A stretch of DNA of 64,000 nucleotides. Source: Promethearchaeota archaeon (GTDB lineage Archaea; Asgardarchaeota; Lokiarchaeia; Sigyniarchaeales; SOKP01). The position numbers and the translations under genes are program-made. Of the stretch, positions 50,302-60,455 are shown one piece after another. Below the pieces are notes generated by a model. That model made no database searches. It worked only from the letters and a program-made list of their open reading frames with translations, and was not told where the DNA came from. The first letter of the stretch is position 1. Every line of letters begins with the position of its first letter. The stretch is taken from the NCBI GenBank assembly GCA_019058445.1, contig JAHPZA010000010.1, positions 96,001 to 160,000 on the forward strand, in the 5' to 3' direction.

Positions 50302-51213
50302 TTAGAATATATTTTTATTTTGTAAGCTTTTTATACTCTCTTTAATAACATCTATTTCTTTCGTTTTGTCTTTTTCTTTTTCAAGTTGATTTTTTGAATT
50401 ATCTTCATCTCTTTTATTTTTGAGTATGACCCAGGGAACCTTAACCAAATGTTTTACTCTTAAAAATGGAATATGACTAAATTTCATAAATTCTCCCATA
50501 AGATTGCCATGGTCTGAAGTGATAACAACTTTCCCGTTTAAGTATTCTACAAGATTATATACTTCCTTCATTACTAACTTCAGTGTTCTAATGTATGCAA
50601 TCCATACTCGTTTCAGAGATATTTCCCCTGCTTTAATTACGTCCCATAGCTCGGTTCCCTCAAGATTAAGTTTCGCGTATTTCGGATTATTTCGTATTCC
50701 ATTCATAATCTCAATAAACTCCATATCACCAATATAGGGACGATGTGGCGGATTGAAATGAATTATCATTCTTTTATGAGGATATTTCTTTATTGTGTTT
50801 AAAGTGGCTTTCGTAATTTCTTCAGGGAGAACTGTTTTTAATTTATCGTCCCAACCAAAGTCCCATACTTTTACCACCTTAAAAAATGGATTTATACCGA
50901 AAGTTTTTATTAGATTAAAATCTGAAAAGCGCGGATTGCTAGAGATATAAATTATATCATCAAATTTCCCATTAAAATTCCATTCAATCCATTCTTGTGT
51001 TGTAGAACCACCTGATATAACGAAAGGTACATCCTTTATTACAAAACGAGAAAACATATCATATCTACATGCATCAATGATTATAAGATAGTCCCAATCC
51101 TCATCCATGATATTTATCGCGAATTTTTTTGAATATGGTCTATTAATGGTGTCAATAAGATTTATCAGAATCTTTCGTAATTTTATTCTAGGGATATTTA
51201 TCCTTGAACTCAT
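50302..51213 (-). CDS. alkaline-phosphatase/sulfatase superfamily protein (archaeal glycosylation-locus type)
   Basis: DWDYLIIIDACRYD, GSTT.EW, PHRPY, TSDHGN, VPW. Confidence 0.78.
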   Translation of the reverse strand: MSSRINIPRIKLRKILINLIDTINRPYSKKFAINIMDEDWDYLIIIDACRYDMFSRFVIKDVPFVISGGSTTQEWIEWNFNGKFDDIIYISSNPRFSDFNLIKTFGINPFFKVVKVWDFGWDDKLKTVLPEEITKATLNTIKKYPHKRMIIHFNPPHRPYIGDMEFIEIMNGIRNNPKYAKLNLEGTELWDVIKAGEISLKRVWIAYIRTLKLVMKEVYNLVEYLNGKVVITSDHGNLMGEFMKFSHIPFLRVKHLVKVPWVILKNKRDEDNSKNQLEKEKDKTKEIDVIKESIKSLQNKNIF

Positions 51214-51267
51214 TTCCTTGTTTAGTTCTTTTCAAAAATTTCTCTAATTTTTAATAAAATACAAATT

Positions 51268-52518
51268 TTAAATTTGTGTAATACATGCTTTTAATCTTCT
51301 AACAATATTATCCCATGAAAACTTTATGATTTCTTCATCAACGATAATATTAGATAAATTTTCATTAACTATATCGAGAAAAAGTTTTTCAACAATCTGT
51401 TGACTTTTTTTAGCATTATTTATTGGAACTACAATACCAAAATTATTTTCCCTAAGGAATTTTGCAGTATATGAATCTTCACGCCCATAATATAGAATCT
51501 TCTTTCTACAACTCAAATAGTCCCAAACTTTAAAACCTATTGTAGGATAATCTAAATCTTCACCTATATGGACTGCTAAATAGCATTGCTTAATTTCTTC
51601 TATTAGTTGTTTTCGTGATAAAAATGGTCCTAAATGTACCAAATCCTGAAGATTCAATCTCTCAATCTGCTTTTTTAAAGAGACATAGTTATATTTACCA
51701 AAAATTTTTAAGGTGAATTTGAATTCTTTAAATATCCCTTTTTTTTTTAGAAGAGCTATGATTTGTAGAAGCGGATTAATATTTCTCTGCCCATATAATT
51801 TTCCAATAAAAGTAAAAATTATTCCATTATTAAAATTATAGTTAAAATCATTAATTTCCCTTAAATTTAAACCATTTTCTATTACACAGATCTTTTTTTG
51901 TTTAAGTTCAGGGAAATATTTTATCAAGAAGTCTTTTAAAGGAGTGCTTATCGCTATTATCATAGTGGCATATTTTAATATTCTCGTTTCGTATTTTAAT
52001 GATATTAGTTTATCTAGATTTTTTCTTTTTCTAATTCCATATATATTATAATTCCAGGGATCTCTATATTCAATAATATAAGGTAAATTGAATTTTCTAT
52101 GCAAAAGATATGCTATTATATGAGAATAGTGAGGGGGGCCAGTAGAATAAATAAATTTTATATCATTATTCTCTTTAAGAATTTTTCTCCCTGCTAAATA
52201 GCCAAAAGGAATCCAATGAATGTAAAAATAAAGGTAAAGAATTCGCATAGATATTTTAAAGAATAATGTTCTCAATCCATATTTTCTTTTTAATTCAATA
52301 ACACGAGTCTTATGAATTTTTAAATTTTGTGGAATTTTCTCAGTTAACTCGTAATCTTTTGGTTCTTTTATTACTTCCCTCCTTGTTAAAATTATAGGAT
52401 TCATCCCTTCTTTAATTAATCTTTTAGATATTTCTAAAGCACGAATGCTATTTTGGTTATTAATTGGTGGAAAGGAATTAACAATAAAAAGAAAGTTCAT
52501 TGAAGGTTGATTATTCAT
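51268..52518 (-). CDS. GT4-like glycosyltransferase
   Basis: FPP, STGPP, EYRDPW, NG, GKLY..R, K.WDY; GT-B layout. Confidence 0.82.
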   Translation of the reverse strand: MNNQPSMNFLFIVNSFPPINNQNSIRALEISKRLIKEGMNPIILTRREVIKEPKDYELTEKIPQNLKIHKTRVIELKRKYGLRTLFFKISMRILYLYFYIHWIPFGYLAGRKILKENNDIKFIYSTGPPHYSHIIAYLLHRKFNLPYIIEYRDPWNYNIYGIRKRKNLDKLISLKYETRILKYATMIIAISTPLKDFLIKYFPELKQKKICVIENGLNLREINDFNYNFNNGIIFTFIGKLYGQRNINPLLQIIALLKKKGIFKEFKFTLKIFGKYNYVSLKKQIERLNLQDLVHLGPFLSRKQLIEEIKQCYLAVHIGEDLDYPTIGFKVWDYLSCRKKILYYGREDSYTAKFLRENNFGIVVPINNAKKSQQIVEKLFLDIVNENLSNIIVDEEIIKFSWDNIVRRLKACITQI

Positions 52519-52691
52519 TCTTATTATGTATAATAATTAATTCACTAACTATTATTTCATTTTAAGATTATTATTTTTTTTCGTGATTTTTTCTTAATTA
52601 TATATAATATCTCTAAATTATAGAGCTATTTAATAAAATGAGAATTATAGCAAAATTTAAAAAAAATATTAAGAAAATTTAGGAGATAATA

Positions 52692-54353
52692 CTAATTTTT
52701 TTTTAAGGATATATCGTAATAAGGAAAGGTGTGTTTAATAAAATAGAAAATGGGATTATAAAATATTATAATAATTATCATTGAAGTTATAATTAATAGA
52801 GAGAAGAAATAGAGCATTTTTTTATATAATATATTTTCATTATAGTTAATGTTCAGCTTTTCATTATTTAAAATTAAATTTCCTATTAAAAAACAACATA
52901 ATGGAACAATATGAGAAACCATTCTATCAAAAGATTGAATTAAATGTAAGTTAAGATTGAGTGGTGTAATAAGATAAATGAGAATATAAACTAGAAAATG
53001 GAAAAAACACATAAATAGTAGAAATAATGTATTTTGATTTTTTTTAATAATATTCAAATTAAATATGAGTATAGAAAAAAAGACGAACCAAAATATGATT
53101 CCCCATTTATATGGATTTAAAATTAATATAAATCCTCTTATAAAAATATTGATAAGATCAGAAAAAACCGATTGAATATCAAATATATTTGGATAATGAG
53201 TAATATACTCAGCAGGAAACCCTCTGAAGCTAATGTAAAAAAACCATGGAATATAAATAATAAAACTAATCATAGTATATAATATTGTTAGCTTAAAAAT
53301 ATCTTTAGAATATGTGGTTTTTTTTAGTAATAAAAAAAAATGATAAATAATTAAAATACTAATATTTATAACCAATAAAGCAAGACCTTCTATTTTACAC
53401 CATGCCATAAAACCCATAAAAACTGAGGAATAAACTAAAAACTCCTTTTTTTTTGAATGAAAATAATAGAATAAAAATATCGAACTTATACTATAAAAAA
53501 ATGTAAGTGGCATATCACCTTTTACGTGTATTGCTAGTATAAAGACTTGTCCAATAACTGCATATAACGTTATAATTATGATTGATATTGTTTTATTTAA
53601 ACCCATACCTCTAAGAGAGAAATATAAAAATGAAATTAATGTGAAAAAGTATGTTAATATTAGAATTCTGGAAAATTGAAAATGTTGAAAATAAATGGTA
53701 TAAAAGAAACAAAGATTTAGAGGTACTAACAACGGATATGTAGGATGATGTGTAGAATCAATATTTTCAAAGTTTCCTTCATAGAAAATTAGCTTAGCTT
53801 TTGCATCCCATATAAAAATAGCATCGTAATTTTCAATAGGATAAAAAAACCAAAATATAAAAAGATATACTGAGATCACAGCTAGTAGGAAGATACAAAA
53901 ATACTCAATCTTATTAAATTTTTGTACTTTGATTGTTTTCATAATTTTTTTAATATCATCATTTAAAGGAATATAATTCTTATAATAAATAAATAAAAAA
54001 ATTATAATGACTAAAAGAGGGATAAAAGAAAACCTCGAATGAAATCCTAATAAAATAAAGATAAACATAGATAAACCATTGAATCCTGTACCTAGGCCAT
54101 AACTTAAAGAAACTTTAACAAATGGGTTAAAATCTTTATTTTTAGGTAATAGATTTAAGATTGTATAACCAATAAGAAAAATAATAATTAGTCCTAAAAC
54201 TGTTCCAAAAATTAACCATATATATTGAAGGCTAGATAACAATTTTATATTGTTGAAACTTGGCATATAAATAAAAAATGTTCCAACAAAACAACATGTT
54301 ATTGAACTAAATAGTAAGAAAAAGGTAAGATTGGAAATAAGATTTCTTTTCAT
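52692..54353 (-). CDS. multi-TM protein, probable GT-C (ArnT/PMT-like) glycosyltransferase
   Basis: YDAIFIWDAKAK, HPTYPLLVP, D.P, KIEG, DR; many TM segments. Confidence 0.65.
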   Translation of the reverse strand: MKRNLISNLTFFLLFSSITCCFVGTFFIYMPSFNNIKLLSSLQYIWLIFGTVLGLIIIFLIGYTILNLLPKNKDFNPFVKVSLSYGLGTGFNGLSMFIFILLGFHSRFSFIPLLVIIIFLFIYYKNYIPLNDDIKKIMKTIKVQKFNKIEYFCIFLLAVISVYLFIFWFFYPIENYDAIFIWDAKAKLIFYEGNFENIDSTHHPTYPLLVPLNLCFFYTIYFQHFQFSRILILTYFFTLISFLYFSLRGMGLNKTISIIIITLYAVIGQVFILAIHVKGDMPLTFFYSISSIFLFYYFHSKKKEFLVYSSVFMGFMAWCKIEGLALLVINISILIIYHFFLLLKKTTYSKDIFKLTILYTMISFIIYIPWFFYISFRGFPAEYITHYPNIFDIQSVFSDLINIFIRGFILILNPYKWGIIFWFVFFSILIFNLNIIKKNQNTLFLLFMCFFHFLVYILIYLITPLNLNLHLIQSFDRMVSHIVPLCCFLIGNLILNNEKLNINYNENILYKKMLYFFSLLIITSMIIIIIFYNPIFYFIKHTFPYYDISLKKN

Positions 54354-54473
54354 TCTATTTAAGTTTCTAAAGTTTTTATTGTTCTGAATAATTTTTTATG
54401 TATAATAAATTTTGTAATTTATTGAATTTCACAAGTTAAATTATTGACTTATTAAATCATTGAAATATATCTA

Positions 54474-56501
54474 ATGAATCTTAAAAAAATTTCATACTTA
54501 TTCAGCTTATTTAAACTCGTAAATGATTATAAACCCTATTTCCTAAATAGAGTTCTATTTAAAAAGTATTTTCATAAAAAATGGATAATTTTACATAATT
54601 CGATGAAAATGGAACAGAAATTAAAGAAATCCTTCAAAAAATCTCAAAATTTTGATAAATTGAGGGAAATTTTTTTTAATAGAAAATTCTTTGCCTTTTC
54701 AAATGATTTAGAAAAAAAAAATATAATTGAATATCTTAAAAAATATAATAATCATTCAATTACAGAATATTTAAACCATGCTAATAATATCATTAGTGGT
54801 AAATTTTCTATATATGAAAAGAAGTATAAATTTGTTAATGGAATAAATTGGCATTACAGTTTCTTTAATGATTATATTTGGAAATTAGAAAAGTCGAATA
54901 AAATAAATATTCGACCTAAAAATAAAAATATAGATGTTAAATATGTATGGGAATTCAATCGGCATCAATTTTTAACCTATTTAGGCTTTGCATATTACCT
55001 TACAGATGATGAAAAATATGCAATTGAATTTAAGAATCTTATTTTACATTGGATTAAAACTAACCCCCCTTTATATGGAATAAATTGGTATTCCGGCTTA
55101 GAAATTTCGATTAGATTAATTTCTTGGATATTTACATTGTATTTTTTTAAAAATTCGACAGAAATAAATAATGACTCTTTTTTTAGAAAGATTTTCATTT
55201 CTATGTTTCAACATGCTTATTATTTAAGATATTTCTATACACGTAGATCATTTAATCATACGGTAGGAGATTTAACAGGAGTATATTTATTTTCAAAGGT
55301 ATTCGCTAAAATCGATCCTATGAAAAAATGGGAGAAAAAAATTTTCAATAAATTAAAGACTAATATAAGACTTCAAGTAAGGGGTGATGGAATAAATATA
55401 GAGCAATCAGTTAATTACCATAAATTCGTACTTGAATTTTTCATATTATTTCTAATACTAAATAACAAAAGGTTGAAAGGAGAGGAAATTTCATTAATCG
55501 AAAAAATGGTAGAATATCTCATTTATATCATCAAGCCTAAAAAGAATTTTCCTTTAATCGGAGATAATGATGATGGAAAAGTACTTATGTTAACAAATTG
55601 GAATAGTAATTCATATTTAGATTTAATTAATTTAGGTTCAATAATATTCAGAAGACAAGATTTTAAATTTATCTCAGAAAAAATTTCTCCAATAAGTTTA
55701 TTATTAATGGGGGAAAGATGTTTTAAGATTTTTAATTCTCTTCAATCTAGAGAACCACAGGAAAGATATAAATATTTTAAGAACTCTGGTTATTTTGTTG
55801 CTAGAAATAATTGGAACAAGGAGTCAAATTATTTTTTCATGGATATGGGGAAATTTGGACCCCAAAATGCCGCACATTCTCACAGTTGCATAGGCAATTT
55901 AATTTATACTCATAAAGGCAAAGATTTCCTGATCGATTCTGGAACATATACTTATAATAAATCGTGGTTTGAAAGGAATTTCCTTAGAAGTAGTAAGGCA
56001 CATAATATATTGGTGATAAACAAAAAAAATCAAGCAACTATTAGCGGATGGTTTTCTTGGAAGAAAAAACCAAAAATTAAAAGAAATTTAATAATTAAGC
56101 ATGACCAGATTAAATTAGTTTGCGTTCATAATGGTTATAATAATTTATTAGTTAAAAGAACATTAGATTGCGATACAATTTTAAATAGTCTTATAATCAC
56201 CGATTATGTAATTCCTTCTCAAGATATAATCCCGGATGATTCATATGAAATTGATATTTACTTTCATTTTGATAAAGATATTAAATTAAAGGTTAATGAG
56301 AAGAACATTATAGTCAATGGAGAATTAATTTTTACCCTTATATCTGATGAAGAATTTAAAATTAATATTGAAAAGACATATTATTCTCCTAAATATGGTT
56401 TTAAAATTGGAATTTCAGTGCTTAACATTCATCTTGAATATTCTTTTGTTAAGAAAAAAGCACTTGAATTTAAAACTGTAATATCACCAATAAATAAATG
56501 A
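54474..56501 (+). CDS. heparinase II/III family protein
   Basis: DVKYVWEFNRHQ, NPP..GINW, NH, DG...EQS..YH, GDNDDG, HSH, DSGTYTY, RSSKAHN. Confidence 0.88.
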   Translation: MNLKKISYLFSLFKLVNDYKPYFLNRVLFKKYFHKKWIILHNSMKMEQKLKKSFKKSQNFDKLREIFFNRKFFAFSNDLEKKNIIEYLKKYNNHSITEYLNHANNIISGKFSIYEKKYKFVNGINWHYSFFNDYIWKLEKSNKINIRPKNKNIDVKYVWEFNRHQFLTYLGFAYYLTDDEKYAIEFKNLILHWIKTNPPLYGINWYSGLEISIRLISWIFTLYFFKNSTEINNDSFFRKIFISMFQHAYYLRYFYTRRSFNHTVGDLTGVYLFSKVFAKIDPMKKWEKKIFNKLKTNIRLQVRGDGINIEQSVNYHKFVLEFFILFLILNNKRLKGEEISLIEKMVEYLIYIIKPKKNFPLIGDNDDGKVLMLTNWNSNSYLDLINLGSIIFRRQDFKFISEKISPISLLLMGERCFKIFNSLQSREPQERYKYFKNSGYFVARNNWNKESNYFFMDMGKFGPQNAAHSHSCIGNLIYTHKGKDFLIDSGTYTYNKSWFERNFLRSSKAHNILVINKKNQATISGWFSWKKKPKIKRNLIIKHDQIKLVCVHNGYNNLLVKRTLDCDTILNSLIITDYVIPSQDIIPDDSYEIDIYFHFDKDIKLKVNEKNIIVNGELIFTLISDEEFKINIEKTYYSPKYGFKIGISVLNIHLEYSFVKKKALEFKTVISPINK

Positions 56502-56615
56502 TGTTTCTAAAAATCTTGGTAAATCTTGGTCAAAATATTTTTTTCAAAATAAATTCTTATAAATAACATAAAGTTTTTCAAAATATTTTAAAAACTAAAT
56601 TCTTTGAGGATCTTT

Positions 56616-58808
56616 ATGAAAAAGTTATTTATTAATAATAAAGGGCATGTAGTGATTAAAAATGTTAGAGAACCTTTAATTGAAACTAAGGGATCATTAG
56701 TTAGAACTAGTTATGCTTTAATTAGTCCGGGTACAGAATTAATGGTTCTCAAATCGAAAAAAATAGAAAATATGCCTTTAATTAAAAGGTTCATAAAATC
56801 AGAAGTTCTAAGAACAAAAATATTCTCGACATTTAAAAAAAAAGGTATAAAAGGAGTCATTAGTGTATTTAAATCTTATTCTAAAAGGGGGGAATATAAA
56901 AATTTTAAAAGCCCCTCCATTAATTTGAAACCAATTGGTTATAGCTGTTCGGGAATTGTCAAAGATAGTAATATTGATGAATATAGAATAAATGATAGAA
57001 TTGCTTGTGCAGGGATTAATCACGCAGAAGTTATTTTTGCTCCTAAAAATTTAAGTTGCAAAATTCCAAAAAATGTAAGTCTTGAACAAGCTGCATTTAC
57101 TACATTAGGAGCAATTGCGTTACATGGTATTCATAGAGCAGATATTAAATCTGGTGAAAAAATAGGGATAATAGGTGCAGGTTTAATTGGATTGATCACA
57201 ATCCAAATAGCGAAAGCGTGTGGAGCCACTGTATTTGCCTCGGATCTAATAAATAAGAGATTAAATCTTGCAAAAAGGTTAGGCGCAGATATAATAGTAA
57301 ATCCATTATATCATAATTCTAAAATTAAAGTAAATGCTTTGACAGCTGGAAAAGGATTAGATTCAATAATAATATGCGCTTCATCAACTACTTCGAAACC
57401 TTTAGATGATGCTATCGATTTAATCCGAGATAATGGAAAAATTGTTATGTTAGGAGGTTTTCCCATTAAAGTTGATCGAAGTAAACTTTATTATAAGGAA
57501 GCAGACTTATTAATTTCTCGATCATATGGACCAGGTCGTTATGATCCTCATTATGAATATGAAGGATTTGATTATCCTGAAGAACTATTTCCATGGACAG
57601 TTCAGAGGAATATGGAATTTTTTTTAAAATTACTATCTGAAAAAAAGATAAAGGTTAATCCTCTGATTTCGGATATCATTCCTGCTGAAAATGCTAATAA
57701 AGCATATAAACAATTGGAAATTGATTCTATTAAGAATATTGCAATTTTATTAAAATTTACTGATGAAAAAGAAAGTATAGCTATTAAACCGAAAGTTGAA
57801 GTAAGGGGTAAAGAGAGAAATAAATTAGTCTTGGGAATAATAGGGTGTGGTGCATTTCCTCAAGCTAGACATCTTCCATATATCATCTCTAATCCTTATT
57901 GTAAAATTAAGGGTATCTGCACACGACATCAAAAATCAGCTGAGATTTGTAAAAATAAATATCGACCTGAATTTATCACTACTAACTATAAAAAAATTTT
58001 AAAGGATCCTGAAATTGAAACTGTCTTTATATACACCAGACATGATACACATTATAAATTCACAGTTAAGGCATTAAAAGCGGGTAAAAATGTATTTGTC
58101 GAAAAGCCTATGGGTTTATCAAGGGAACAGTGTATTAAAATAAGAAATACAGTGAAGGAAACGAAAAAACAATATATCATTGGCTTTAATCGTAGATATA
58201 GCCCTTTAATAAAGCTTACAAAAGAGCTGCTCAAAGAAAGAGATAATCCAATCATAATAAATTATAGGATAGCAAGTAATTATATACCTGGAGATCACTG
58301 GATCTTTGATCCTGATATAGGCGGTGGACCTATTATTGGAGAATTTTGTCATTTTCTGGATTTAATTTTATATTTGATGAGATCAGAACCAATTGAATTA
58401 ATTGCAAGGGGGGGGTCTTTAAGTCATAAGGGCTTAAGTACATATGATACTTGTTCAGTGATTATCAAATTTGAAAATTCTTCTATAGCAAACCTAATAT
58501 TTACCGATTTAAATGGTCCAGATATGCCAAAAGAGAGAATTGAAGTCTTTTCAGGAGAATCTGCTATAGTAATAGAAGATTTTAAAGAAATGAAAACCTC
58601 AGGTTTTGACTTTGGCAATAAAATTCTTTACGAGCAAGATAAAGGTCATAAAAATGAAATTAATAATATTATTAGTGTGTTTTTAGGAGTTAAATCAGCA
58701 TTAATAAATGAGGATGACGCATTTAGAGCAATGGATCTATGTTTTAAAACAATCGAATCAATAGATACAAGAACATCAATTAAAATAAGTGAAGATTTAT
58801 ATTTATGA
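56616..58808 (+). CDS. bi-domain oxidoreductase (MDR/Zn-ADH-like + Gfo/Idh/MocA)
   Basis: ISPGTE, GYSCSG, GAGLIG, SRSYGPGRYD..YE, then GCGAF, VFVEKP, GFNRRYSP, GE.CHF.D, DKGH. ATG at 56616 follows GAGGA. Confidence 0.9.
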   Translation: MKKLFINNKGHVVIKNVREPLIETKGSLVRTSYALISPGTELMVLKSKKIENMPLIKRFIKSEVLRTKIFSTFKKKGIKGVISVFKSYSKRGEYKNFKSPSINLKPIGYSCSGIVKDSNIDEYRINDRIACAGINHAEVIFAPKNLSCKIPKNVSLEQAAFTTLGAIALHGIHRADIKSGEKIGIIGAGLIGLITIQIAKACGATVFASDLINKRLNLAKRLGADIIVNPLYHNSKIKVNALTAGKGLDSIIICASSTTSKPLDDAIDLIRDNGKIVMLGGFPIKVDRSKLYYKEADLLISRSYGPGRYDPHYEYEGFDYPEELFPWTVQRNMEFFLKLLSEKKIKVNPLISDIIPAENANKAYKQLEIDSIKNIAILLKFTDEKESIAIKPKVEVRGKERNKLVLGIIGCGAFPQARHLPYIISNPYCKIKGICTRHQKSAEICKNKYRPEFITTNYKKILKDPEIETVFIYTRHDTHYKFTVKALKAGKNVFVEKPMGLSREQCIKIRNTVKETKKQYIIGFNRRYSPLIKLTKELLKERDNPIIINYRIASNYIPGDHWIFDPDIGGGPIIGEFCHFLDLILYLMRSEPIELIARGGSLSHKGLSTYDTCSVIIKFENSSIANLIFTDLNGPDMPKERIEVFSGESAIVIEDFKEMKTSGFDFGNKILYEQDKGHKNEINNIISVFLGVKSALINEDDAFRAMDLCFKTIESIDTRTSIKISEDLYL

Positions 58809-59018
58809 ACTTTAAGTTAAAAATTTTAAGTTTTATTTACTTTAAAATTGAAATTATAAAAGATATGGGACAGAAATATAAATATAATTTAAAAAAGATT
58901 CTATTCTTATTTAAGATTCAAAATATATAATTCATAAATTATTTAATTCAAGATAAACAATTAAAAAACTCAATATATTATTATAGAAATAAATTAGGAA
59001 ATAATTGGATTAAAATAA

Positions 59019-59978
59019 ATGCAAGATGTTCACATTGGCCCATTTCCTCCACCAATTGGAGGAATTTCAGTGTATTTATATCGATTATCAAAAATAGATA
59101 GAAAATCTTTGTTTATCGATGAAAAAGATATAACGGGTTCTAAAAAATTTAGACTTTGGTTAATTAAACAGTTATTTAGTTTTAAAAAAAAGAATTTTAT
59201 TTATCATTCTCATTTTTTGAAAAATAGATTAATTTTTTATTTTCTTTCTGTTCTATCTATACATGAATTTTCATTAGTTATTCATGGAAGATCTTTAATT
59301 ATTCAATACAATAATTCAAATTTTTTAATAAAATTTCTAATTAAAAGAATGCTAAAGAAAGCAAAATTTATACAAGTCATTAATCCTCAATATAAAGATT
59401 TTATATATAAGTTAGGGGTAAAAAATAAACATATAATTGTCAAAAACGCATTTCTTCCGCCTATTTTAGAAGAAGAACAAAAGATAATAGCCAGTTATGA
59501 AAAAAAATTATTAGAGCTTTTAGAAGTTAAAAAACCAATAATAATAGCTAGCGCTTTTGCCATCCAATTTTATAATAATGTTGATTTATATGGGCTTGAT
59601 TTATGTGTAGAATTAACCAAATTATTAAAGAAAGATTTCCCTAATATTGGTTTGTTATTCATTATTGCAAATGAAAAAACAAATGCTATTTATCTTAAAA
59701 AGATGAAGGAAAGAATTAAGGACTTAAATCTAAATACTAGTTTTTTTATTATAACAGGACAGAGAGAGATATGGCCACTTTTTAGACGTGCTGATTTAAT
59801 GATAAGACCCACATGCGTGGATGGATATGGAGTAAGTATCGCTGAAGCAATCTATTTAAATCGTCCTGCAATTGCCAGTGATGTTTGTAAAAGACCAGAA
59901 GGTACAATACTATTTAAAAATCGTAATTTAGAAGATCTATACGAGAAATGTAAACAAGTTTTAAATAAAAATTACTAA
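59019..59978 (+). CDS. GT4-like glycosyltransferase
   Basis: GPFPPPIGG, YGLD, RPTCVDGYGVSIAEA, ASDV..RP. Confidence 0.85.
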   Translation: MQDVHIGPFPPPIGGISVYLYRLSKIDRKSLFIDEKDITGSKKFRLWLIKQLFSFKKKNFIYHSHFLKNRLIFYFLSVLSIHEFSLVIHGRSLIIQYNNSNFLIKFLIKRMLKKAKFIQVINPQYKDFIYKLGVKNKHIIVKNAFLPPILEEEQKIIASYEKKLLELLEVKKPIIIASAFAIQFYNNVDLYGLDLCVELTKLLKKDFPNIGLLFIIANEKTNAIYLKKMKERIKDLNLNTSFFIITGQREIWPLFRRADLMIRPTCVDGYGVSIAEAIYLNRPAIASDVCKRPEGTILFKNRNLEDLYEKCKQVLNKNY

Positions 59979-60034
59979 ATTTGTAAGTTTTGGTTTTTCT
60001 TATTTACAAATTTATCATTTGCAAAATTAAAATG

Positions 60035-60297
60035 TTAAATAAAGTAAAAATTAGACAAAATCGTCTCAAAGAAATCCCTTCAAAAAAAACGTTATTCCTA
60101 AAATAAACAAGCCCCCATTGATCATGATCAGGAAGCTATAAATAATCTTTCCTATACTTAAAATTTTCGAGAAAGGATATTCTTGAATGTGGTAATCGGG
60201 GACGATCGAAGTACAACTTTATAACACAACTTTGCCAATGAGAGCCAGTTCTAAGGAAAGAAATAAATGAATGATGATTATTTATGCTTTACTTCAT
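60035..60297 (-). pseudogene. degraded PAPS-dependent sulfotransferase remnant
   Basis: Minus strand reads MK*SINNHHSFISFLRTGSHWQSCVIKLYFDRPRLPHSRISF...KDYL*LPDHD...NNVFF; after a frameshift it reads RDFFETILSNFYF. These match the 5'-PSB (SFPRxGxxW) and 3'-PB (RDPxDxxxS) motifs. Confidence 0.55.
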
Positions 60298-60455
60298 ATT
60301 TTTATAATATTCCTTAATCTTATTAAAAAATTTAACATGTCTCTTAATCTTAATTTTATAAATTATACATTTTGAGCTGTTAATAATTAGAATCTTTTTT
60401 ACTTTCTCCTTAAATTGAGACTTTTTAATAAGATGTCGTATATAAGCCCTTTTCG

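Noticed and set aside
56511-56530. Tandem 10-bp duplication AAATCTTGGT x2
   Set aside because: Only two copies, intergenic, no associated element.
60113-60161. Plus-strand peptide PIDHDQEAINN (GT8-like DQxxxN) and the palindrome TGATCATGATCA
   Set aside because: Too short; better explained by the minus-strand sulfotransferase remnant.
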